Shown piece after piece: positions 54,197 to 62,549 of a stretch of 64,000 bases of DNA (its first letter is position 1; every line of letters begins with the position of its first letter). Origin of the DNA: an uncultured Acidobacteriota bacterium. GTDB lineage: Bacteria > Acidobacteriota > JAQAZP01. The translations under genes and the position numbers were made by a program. The notes under the pieces were generated by a model, which was not told the origin of the DNA, did no database searches, and saw nothing but the letters and a program-made list of their open reading frames with translations. The stretch spans positions 2,592,001 to 2,656,000 of the forward strand of contig CAWIIB010000009.1 of the NCBI GenBank assembly GCA_963836075.1, written 5' to 3'.

Positions 54197-56128
54197 TCAC
54201 GGCTTTACCGCCCGGGTGCGCTGCAGTTCGTCGAACCGGGCGCACAACTCGTCGAACCCGGAAGATCCCTGGTCGCCCTCGAAGCGATTTCGCACGGAGA
54301 GGGTCCCGGCTTCCTCTTCCCGGCCCCCGGCGATGAGCATGAACGGTGTTTTCATCAGCTGGGCATCCCGGATCCGGTAGTTGAGTTTCTCCTTCCGGGT
54401 GTCGATCTCCACACGGTAGCCTTTTTCTTTCAACTGTTTATACCGTTTCTCGGCATAGTCGTTGAATTTGTCCGAGAGGGGCAGGACCACGGCCTGCACC
54501 GGGGCCAGCCAGAAGGGGAAGGCCCCGGCATAGTGCTCGATCAGGGTGCCGAAAAAGCGCTCGATGGAGCCGAGCAGGGCGCGGTGGATGATCACGCACT
54601 GGTGTTCCTTCGAATCGGCCCCCACGTAATTGATGCCGAACTGCTTCGGCAGGTGGCCGAAATCGAACTGGATGGTGGTCAGCTGCCACTCCCGCCGCAG
54701 GGCGTCCAGCAGTTTGAGGTCGATTTTCGGTCCGTAGAATGCCGCCTCGCCCTGTTCGGCGTGATACTCCACGTTCCGTTCCTTGAGCACCCGCTCCAGC
54801 AGACCTTCCGCGTGGGCCCACTGTTCCGGGGTCCCGGCGTACTTGCCCATGTCCTCCGGGTCGCTGAGCGAGAGCTCAACGCGGTATTCGTCGAAGCCGA
54901 AGGTCCTGAGGATGTCCTCGGCCTGGTCGAAGACGCTGATCACCTCGGCCTCCAGCTGGTCGGGGGTGCAGAAGATGTGGGCGTCGTCCTGGGTGAACCC
55001 GCGCACCCGCAGGGTGCCGTGCAGCACGCCCGACTTCTCGTAACGGTAGACCGTGCCCATTTCCGAGTAGCGCACCGGCAGGTCGCGGTAGCTGCGCCGC
55101 TTGGAGTTGTAGATCAGGATGTGCCCCGGGCAGTTCATCGGCTTGAGCACGTACTCGTGCTCGTCGATGTCCAGGGTGAACATGTTCTCCCGGTAGTAGT
55201 CGTAGTGCCCCGATGTCTTCCACAGTTCGTGGTGTGCGATGTGCGGGCTGACCACCGGTTCATAGTTCCACTCCCGGTGCTTCTCCTTCCAGTAGGTCTC
55301 GATCAGCTCCCGGACCACCGCCCCCCGGGGGTGCCAGAAGATCAGGCCGGCGCCGGCGTCCTCCTGGATGCTGAACAGCTCCAGGTCTTTCCCCAGGCGC
55401 CGGTGGTCCCGCTTCTTGATCTCTTCCAGCCGCTGGAGGTGTTCCTCCAGGTCCTTGTTCTTCCAGAAGGCGGTGCCGTTGATCCGCTGCAGCATCTGGT
55501 TGTGCTCGTCCCCCAGCCAGTAGGCGCCGGAGGAGGTGAGCAGCTTGAACTTCGGGATCTGACCGGTGGAGCGCAGGTGCGGCCCGCGGCAGAAATCGAT
55601 GAAATCGCCCTGGCGGTAGCAGCTCACCGGCGGCTCGGCCTTGGCCTCGATCAGTTCCGTCTTCAGCCGCTCGCCCATCTCGTCGAACTTCCGCAGGGCC
55701 TCGTCCTTGTCAAAATAGACCCGGTCGATTTCCAGGTCGCGCTTGACGATCTCCCCCATCCGCTGCTCGATGGCCTGCAGGTCTTCGGGGCCGAAGGTGC
55801 CGTCGTATTCGAAGTCGTAGTAAAAGCCGTCCTCGGTGGCCGGGCCGATGCCCAGCTTGACCTGGGGAAAGAGCTCCTGCACCGCCTGGGCCAGCACGTG
55901 GGCGGTGCTGTGGCGCAGCACGTGCAGGCTCTCCGGGTCACGCTTGGTCAGGATACGCAGGCGGCAGTCGTCGGTGATCTCGGACCTCAGGTCCACCAGC
56001 TGGTCGTCGATCATACCGCCCACGGCCTGTTTGGCCAGGCCGGGGCCGATGGAGGCCGCGACATCGCCCACAGTTGTCTGTGGCGGGTATTCCCGGCTGC
56101 TGCCGTCGGGCAATGTGATGTTGATCAT
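54197..56128 (-). CDS. thrS: Threonine--tRNA ligase
   Basis: TGS start ITLPDGS, RHSTAH, GFYYDF, RDHRRLG, KPMNCPGH, RVRGFTQDDAH, AFYGPKID. Confidence 0.98.
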   Translation of the reverse strand: MINITLPDGSSREYPPQTTVGDVAASIGPGLAKQAVGGMIDDQLVDLRSEITDDCRLRILTKRDPESLHVLRHSTAHVLAQAVQELFPQVKLGIGPATEDGFYYDFEYDGTFGPEDLQAIEQRMGEIVKRDLEIDRVYFDKDEALRKFDEMGERLKTELIEAKAEPPVSCYRQGDFIDFCRGPHLRSTGQIPKFKLLTSSGAYWLGDEHNQMLQRINGTAFWKNKDLEEHLQRLEEIKKRDHRRLGKDLELFSIQEDAGAGLIFWHPRGAVVRELIETYWKEKHREWNYEPVVSPHIAHHELWKTSGHYDYYRENMFTLDIDEHEYVLKPMNCPGHILIYNSKRRSYRDLPVRYSEMGTVYRYEKSGVLHGTLRVRGFTQDDAHIFCTPDQLEAEVISVFDQAEDILRTFGFDEYRVELSLSDPEDMGKYAGTPEQWAHAEGLLERVLKERNVEYHAEQGEAAFYGPKIDLKLLDALRREWQLTTIQFDFGHLPKQFGINYVGADSKEHQCVIIHRALLGSIERFFGTLIEHYAGAFPFWLAPVQAVVLPLSDKFNDYAEKRYKQLKEKGYRVEIDTRKEKLNYRIRDAQLMKTPFMLIAGGREEEAGTLSVRNRFEGDQGSSGFDELCARFDELQRTRAVKP

Positions 56129-56177
56129 GGTCCTGCCTCATGCATTGACGTGGGCCGGCGGAGAAAATGGTCCGGAG

Positions 56178-56205
56178 AAAAAAAAAGAGGCAACGAGTAC
56201 CTCTT
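56178..56205 (-). terminator. Terminator-like hairpin between tRNA-Val and thrS
   Basis: Minus strand AAGAGGTA-CTCGT-TGCCTC followed by T9. Confidence 0.65.
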
Positions 56206-56255
56206 GTCACGTCCCGTTCCGCCTGGCCGTGAAGACTACTGCAGTTTCCTGGAAT

Positions 56256-56330
56256 TGGTAGGCGCTGAGGGATTTGAACCCTCGACCTCTACCGTGTCAA
56301 GGTAGCGCTCTCCCCCTGAGCTAAGCACCT
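56256..56330 (-). tRNA. tRNA-Val(GAC)
   Basis: Reverse complement AGGTGCT..CTACC-TTGACAC-GGTAG..GTTCAAATC..AGCGCCTACCA. Confidence 0.96.
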
Positions 56331-56369
56331 CCATGGGTCCGTGGGGACAGATCGATCCAAGAGTGGGGG

Positions 56370-56398
56370 AGTCTAGCAGAACAGTCCAAATATGTCAA
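56370..56398 (-). promoter_or_regulatory. sigma70-type promoter for tRNA-Val
   Basis: Minus strand TTGACA-17 nt-TAGACT with extended -10 TG. Confidence 0.75.
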
Positions 56399-56522
56399 CG
56401 AATTAGCGGTGTTTTGAAGGATCGAAACCGGCGGTTGACCGGGGCCGCCGGGAGCCGATAGGATGCTGACGGAAACCGTCCGGCCAGGGCAGGTGAAACG
56501 GGTGGGTAAAAGGGATTCCTGC

Positions 56523-57266
56523 ATGAAGCACTTCCGCATAATCGTGCAATATGACGGCACCGCCTACCACGGCTGGCAGGTCCAGCCCCGGGGGGCCACC
56601 ATCCAGGGCGAGTTGGAGGCCGTCCTGGGGCGTATCGCCACCCGTCCGGTCCGCGTGGAGGGGGCGGGCCGCACCGACGCCGGGGTTCACGCTCTGGGCC
56701 AGGTGGCCGCCTTCCATCTGCAGACCAGGATGACCCCGCAGGAGATGCTCCGGGCCCTGAACAGCCAGCTGCCCCGGGATATCCGCGTGGTTCGGGCCGA
56801 CGAGGTCCCGCCGGAGTTCCACCCCCGCTACCACGCCGCCTCGAAGATCTACTACTACCAGGTCTTCACCGGGCCGGTGATCTCACCCTTTCTCGGCCCC
56901 CACGCCCACCACCACCGCTGGCCCCTGGATGTGGACCGGATGCGGCAGGCTGCCGGTCATTATCTCGGGACACACGACTTCACCGCCTTTTGCGCCGCCG
57001 ACAGCGAGGTGCGGGACAAGGTGCGCGAGGTGCTGGCCGCCGACCTGTTCCAGCAGGGCGAACTGCTGATTTTCGTGGTCCAGGCCACCGGCTTTCTCAA
57101 GCAGATGGTGCGCACCATGGTGGGCACGCTGATCGAGGTGGGCCGGGGCAAGATCGAGCCGGGTGATGTGGAGCGGGTCATCAGCAGCCGCGACCGGGCC
57201 CGGGCCGGCCCCACGGCCCCGGCCAACGGGCTGTTTCTCTATCGGGTGAACTACCCTGCTCAGTGA
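56523..57266 (+). CDS. truA: tRNA pseudouridine(38-40) synthase
   Basis: YDGTAYHGWQ, AGRTDAGVHA, HDFTAF, FLKQMVR, TAPANGLFL. Confidence 0.97.
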   Translation: MKHFRIIVQYDGTAYHGWQVQPRGATIQGELEAVLGRIATRPVRVEGAGRTDAGVHALGQVAAFHLQTRMTPQEMLRALNSQLPRDIRVVRADEVPPEFHPRYHAASKIYYYQVFTGPVISPFLGPHAHHHRWPLDVDRMRQAAGHYLGTHDFTAFCAADSEVRDKVREVLAADLFQQGELLIFVVQATGFLKQMVRTMVGTLIEVGRGKIEPGDVERVISSRDRARAGPTAPANGLFLYRVNYPAQ

Positions 57267-57304
57267 TGCTGAGGGATTGGGAATTTGCACCCCCGAAAAG
57301 AACC

Positions 57305-57352
57305 TTGCATTAATTAGAGCTATGGTCTACATTAAGACTATAATTATGGTCT
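57305..57352 (+). promoter_or_regulatory. Promoter and palindromic operator of TA module
   Basis: TTGCAT-17 nt-TACATT; near-palindrome AGACTATAATTATGGTCT (57335-57352); half-site TATGGTCT occurs twice. Confidence 0.65.
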
Positions 57353-57371
57353 GAATTGGAGTCAGAGAAAA

Positions 57372-57662
57372 ATGAAAGAGTTGCACGTTTCAGAGGACAT
57401 TCTCCCGGTGGGAGAATTCAAGACCCATGCTTCGCGGATCATTCGGCGGCTTAAAGAAACGCAACGCCCCTTTGTCATCACCCAGAACGGAAAACCCGCC
57501 GCGGTGCTTCTCACTCCTGATGCGTTCGACCGTCTGAGTGAGCATGCCCGTTTCCTCGAAGCCGTGGATGAGGGAGTTGCAGATTCAGCTGCCGGGCGGG
57601 TTATTGACGATACCCAGCTATCCAGCGAACTCGATGAAACCTTCGGCTCCCTCGAAAAATGA
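57372..57662 (+). CDS. Type II antitoxin, Phd/YefM family
   Basis: EFKTHASRII, PFVITQNGKPAAVLL; overlaps toxin start (ATGA). Confidence 0.9.
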   Translation: MKELHVSEDILPVGEFKTHASRIIRRLKETQRPFVITQNGKPAAVLLTPDAFDRLSEHARFLEAVDEGVADSAAGRVIDDTQLSSELDETFGSLEK

Positions 57663-57964
57663 AACTTCTCTGGACTGACAAGGCCCGGCGCGATCTGCTG
57701 GCCATCGGCCGGTACATCGGCAGGGATAACCCTCAAGCGGCGCGATCCTGGTTAGAACGGCTGCGTGCACGCGCTCGCCAGGCCGCCGAGATGCCACTGA
57801 CCGGCAGGGTGGTTCCCGAGCGATCGAGCAAGGATGTCCGCGAGGTCTTGCTGCGCAATTATCGAATTGTATACCGTGTTCATTCAGACGCCATACACAT
57901 TCTCACCATATTCGAAGGTCACCTGCGGCTCCCTCAGGATGCGGCACCGAGCGCCGGCGAATGA
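57659..57964 (+). CDS. Type II toxin, RelE/ParE family
   Basis: WTDKARRDLLAI..YI..DNPQAA, GRVVPE, REVLLRNYRIVYRV. Confidence 0.9.
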   Translation: MKLLWTDKARRDLLAIGRYIGRDNPQAARSWLERLRARARQAAEMPLTGRVVPERSSKDVREVLLRNYRIVYRVHSDAIHILTIFEGHLRLPQDAAPSAGE

Positions 57965-58073
57965 CCCCTGCCGGGATTCGCGCACTTTTTGATTCCGGGA
58001 TAGATTCAGCGGCAGAGCTCGTCGCATCCGCCGGTGGAGCAAGAGATCGACTGAAGATTGGCTGGGCGGCCGA

Positions 58074-58141
58074 CCGGGCCCACCGCCCCGGCTAACGGGC
58101 TGTTTCCCTACCGGGTGAACTACCCGGGGAGCTGATGTTGA
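58074..58141 (+). repeat. Imperfect direct repeat of truA 3' end (57205-57272); att-like remnant
   Basis: Encodes GPTAPANGLFPYRVNYPGS* versus truA GPTAPANGLFLYRVNYPAQ*, stop at the same position. Confidence 0.88.
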
Positions 58142-58287
58142 TAGTGCTGGGTGTGCTGGGTATTCAACCGGATTGTATTGTGGCTTTCTTATTGCGCAGA
58201 ATAATTACACGGCCTATATTATTACTAATCGCCTTATAGAATGGATCAAGCCATCCCATCATTTTCCGTCTTCTCGGGAGGGTCAAA

Positions 58288-61200
58288 ATGAGATGCATAC
58301 ATCGTGGGCCATTATTTCAATTTCTGGTAATTCTCTCGCTCTCTCTCTCTCTCTCCTGAATAGTATCCTCGACACTGCCAGTGCCTATTCGACGCCCGAC
58401 GGTTTATCCTTCACCATGTCTCCAACGAATGGTCGGGTAACCAACCTGACCATCGATGGCAGAATTATTAATTTCTGTCCGGTCGATGGCTCAGATTTGA
58501 CCGGTGGATTCTACATCCGGGACAACACACCGGCTACTTTGGGTGGGCTACCGACAAGCACAACAAGACCAAATCTGCTCAACGACGAATTCTATGCACG
58601 GTTCAATGATGATCCCGATGATGACTTAATCGTGATTGGTACACCTGGACCGAACTCTTACTGGGGCTGGGCTTGGGATGGTAATCGAACCATTCGAGTT
58701 GAGACAATCGGTAGCGGGGGCGACGTCAACAAAGCCGCCTTGATCAGTGTGGATGAAAGTTCGAACCCGGATGGGGACGGGTATTTCGGGGCAATTTTCC
58801 GCGATCATACATTCACTTCGTTCACTTCTCCGGAGCATGAGATGTACTACCTCGTTTTCGAGGTGAAGACCGGATCGGGTTGGCGAAGCAACAGTCTGGG
58901 CCATCTCTCCTATGAGAACGGAGGTGAATATGATCGATCAAGATATGGACACCATCGTGTCTCGGCACGTGTTGAATGGTTCTATGACACCCTGCAGGAC
59001 TTCGGCCGCGAACCGACAGGAGATGTCTGTGACATCTTCTATGCCTACGAGACGACAGACACGATCAGCGGCGAGCGCCTGACCCGATTCTGTGGCAGAA
59101 CATATCGACCATTCGATCCGGATAGCAGGTACTCTGGCCCAAGCAAAGACTGCCAGGATCGCTTTGGTTGTGGAAGGGTATATGCCGGATGATGAGAATG
59201 CGAGCTATCCGGATAACACTGTTTATTTCGACAATATCTCTTTCTTCAGGGCGCCGCCCATCAAGCAAGTTTATTGGGATGAACCGACAGTCCCTGATGA
59301 TCCGTATCTGCTGTATGGGGACTCCGGCTATTCGGATGATCTCGACCTCCAACTGAACCTGGATGTTGAAGTTATCCAGCCCCCTACCGGCAGCCTCGAT
59401 TCATACGTGCTCTTCGCCGGCAGCTTGATCAATGATGATGGCGAAACGGGAACAGCGATGGACCCAAGATCGATCGATCTCGGTTTCGCCTTCCCGATCC
59501 TGGACAATACCAGTTCTGGGACGACAACCCAGCAACTGGAGTGGCACTATGATGTGAACCACGCTTCCCTTGTCGATTCCGACGATGCGTCCATCGATGA
59601 AAACCGGAAGATGTTTCCGTACACCATGTCGAGTCACGTGGATGCGCGGCCCGAGTACAAGATGAGCGGGGTTGCCCAGCCCCTGGGCGTCGATTTGGAG
59701 AGAACACTTGGCCTTCAGGTATCATCGTATCCCATCGGTGCTGTGGCCATTCATGATCCGGCGGATCCGGAAAATCTGCGGGGCCTCTCGTTCGGTGATT
59801 CACTTGACGGCACCTGGGTGACCCCCAATATTTCTCATTTCGGCTATCGGATTGACCGCCAGGCTTGGGGAGGTGCCCAGGATTTCATCGGATACGCCTA
59901 TATCGAATTCAACCTTGGCTTGCTGGCGGAGGACTCTGCATCCGGCAATAGCACCGATTTTTCTTTCATCATCTTCCGCTCGGATGATGAGGATTTTTCA
60001 GAGCAGTCTGTCTTTCGCGAGGGGATGGAAAAGTACCAACGCTCCTTCTATCAGGAGTTCTTCACCAGGCCCACCTTTACCCGCGAGGGCGAAGAAGACT
60101 GGCTCTTCGGCGGCGCTCAATACGATCCGGACGTCGATGATCTGGAGCAGGACGGTCTCGATGATCGGCCGAACCAGTTTGGGATTCGTTACGACCAGAT
60201 AAAATTTGTAGGATCTCCATCCGGCATTGCGGACATCAGGGCAAACCTTATTGCACTGCATGGAAAAAATGTCAGCGCCGTGGTCTATGATCTTCCCTGG
60301 GCCGGCAGCTTCGAGATAAAAAATGATGGCGAAGAATCCAATAGAATGAACTCTATGGATGAGTTATGGATCCAAGCCGAAGCTGAGCTCGATGACATAT
60401 CCTTTCCCCAGAGTCAGATATATTTAAGAAAACTACCACGGATTTTCACTTCGCCGTTAGGTGAACAGAAGCTGTTCTACAAGATTTGTGAGGAACGTCA
60501 GCGGTACTTCTTTCCTGTTTCAGTGACGATGACGCCCGACCCTGATGAATCCGATATTCTTGTCACCAAGGAATTGAGCTACTTCAAAGGTTGGTATAAA
60601 TCCTTCGAGGAGGACTTTCACCTGATCGCTGGCGTGGAGTTTGACAATACTTACCGGGATAGCCATCTCGATCTGAACATCGGTCGAGTAGACAATTTTG
60701 CCCACAGCGATGTCGAGGGAAATGAGGGCCGTCTCACTTACAGTTATAACGAATTCAGGCCAGCCGTACCGCAATTGACTACCAACACCTGGTTTTTCCC
60801 TCATGTTGAAGCTTTTCTGGACGACGTAGACAATGATGAGGCTCAATTTCCAGATCATGGCGATGGCGCCGACTCGGGATACCCTGGAGCGTCAGAGGAA
60901 GAAATAATTTCCATCAACGCCATGCAGAAGGAATTCGGCGGTTCGAAATACGCGATCATGCTTGCCGATGTGATCATGTTCGAAAGTTCGACACAAACCC
61001 AGTTCAATAATAAAAATGAAAGTTTCGATTTCAGGCGGAGTATGGCTCGGGACAAATCCGTGGCAAGAGGGCTGGCACCATATAGATGCGCCGGTGACGC
61101 CCTGGACAATTATATCACCTATGGCAACGGGCCAGACCACCTATACACTGACAGGGACCAGGTGCTGCTCCAGTTGTTGAATGAAGCCACGTGGTCCTGC

Positions 61201-62549
61201 CTGGCATACGGTTTCATGCCGGCGATGCATAATTTCCTTTCGGTTGAGGAGGGGTGCTTCGTCGATGACGATGCGAAGGACGAATTTTATGGGTATCTCC
61301 CACCTGATCCACCTGGTCCTGCCAGAAGAGCGTTCTGGACAAGCGACAGTTATATCCTTCCCAGACGCGGCTACACAGATATTTTCAAGAAACTTCACAA
61401 GGCCGGCTGGCAGCCGGTGACCAATATCGTCAATCTCGTCGGGCCAGTTTCCGAATCACTGGTGATAAACAGGTTTGGTCCTTATGAGGGTTTTGGGCCG
61501 CCGAGTAGGCCGATATTTGTCACTGTCTACAATAATGAAACGTTTTCGTTGACGCTCACCGATGTGGCAGAGTATGGCTGTGAAGATTGCATCCCCATCG
61601 GTAGTCTCCAGAGTGATGAAGAGATCGAACTTTACAGCATCTGCGAGAACAACTTCGGATCGGCAGCTTTCCAGAACAAAGAAAAACGTGACTTGGATTC
61701 CCAGTTCTTTGATCTGAGAGACCGGAGTTTTCTTCTCGAGATCAACAATATTGACAAACTCGCTCTAAATGGTGTCGGCAATCTTATGGGGCATCAGATG
61801 ATCGAACATATTAAAGGCAGCACTCCAGCAGTCAACGCCCCCAACATCCCGGCAGATATCTTTGATGAATATGGCGACAACTATTCCGTCACAAGATCTA
61901 ACGGGGGGCCGGGTCTGGCGCCCAAGATTATTCTTGGGGGCGGACGGGCGCCCGGTGAACCGCAGGGACCTCGAACGATTGAGGACAAGGCCCTGATGGT
62001 ATTCAGAATCTGGCTCTCTGGCATAGTGGACAATTCAAAATCTGGAGATGGGGGGGAAGATCATCTGGGAGTCCATACTACAGGACTTTCGGCCATGGCT
62101 GGTCGGAGATTGAAGACTCACGCGCGGAAAGCGGCAGCCTTGACGCTGTCTACACTACCGTCCCCGGTGCCTGCGCTCTCTACCGCATTGATACCGGGGT
62201 CAATGGCCGGCACCGGTTGCGAGTGAATCACGTGGCGCGCCAGGAGGCGACCACCACTGCCCGCTACGATGTCTATGTTGTGAATCATCTTCAGGATTCC
62301 TTCCAGGATCTGACACTCGGGGACTTGCCGGAGCCTATCTGCTCGGTGGTTCTCGATCAGGCGAGACAATTGACCTCCGATGTTGATGCCGATGGATTTG
62401 CCGCTGTAAGTGAATTCGAAGTATCAGGCCTGGGTATAGATGATCTAGCCTCGGTGGTGGTCCGGGTCAGCGCCCAGCCCGACGAAGCGGGTTTCGCTGC
62501 TCTGGCCCTCCTGCTGGCCGATGCAGTGAAACTGGAGGCTGTTGAGTGA
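58288..62549 (+). CDS. Large secreted modular protein (~1420 codons; CBM-like + putative glycoside-hydrolase-like core + golvesin/xanthan-lyase-CBD-like C-terminus), interrupted by three frame breaks
   Basis: GGAGG RBS, signal peptide ending TASA|Y; VYFDNISF, AGVEFDN, LLADAVKL motifs; fragments 58173-59192, 59092-62226 and 62043-62549 join after -2 (CT tract), -1 (~59120) and +1 (G7 tract); domain names are recall-based. Confidence 0.6.
58339..58354 (+). repeat. (CT)8 dinucleotide tract in signal-peptide coding region
   Basis: ctctctctctctctct seen directly; longest dinucleotide run noticed in the window. Confidence 0.9.

Noticed and set aside
56129-56255. T-box riboswitch upstream of thrS
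   Set aside because: No GGTGGNACC T-box and too little room for stem I after tRNA-Val
57267-58141. TA pair as an integron cassette or IS cargo
   Set aside because: No attC-like inverted core sites, terminal inverted repeats or transposase visible; the flanking repeat is truA-derived
58173-58287. ORF-track TTG start at 58173 for the large island protein
   Set aside because: No RBS and no signal-peptide character; ATG 58288 has GGAGG and a proper n/h-region
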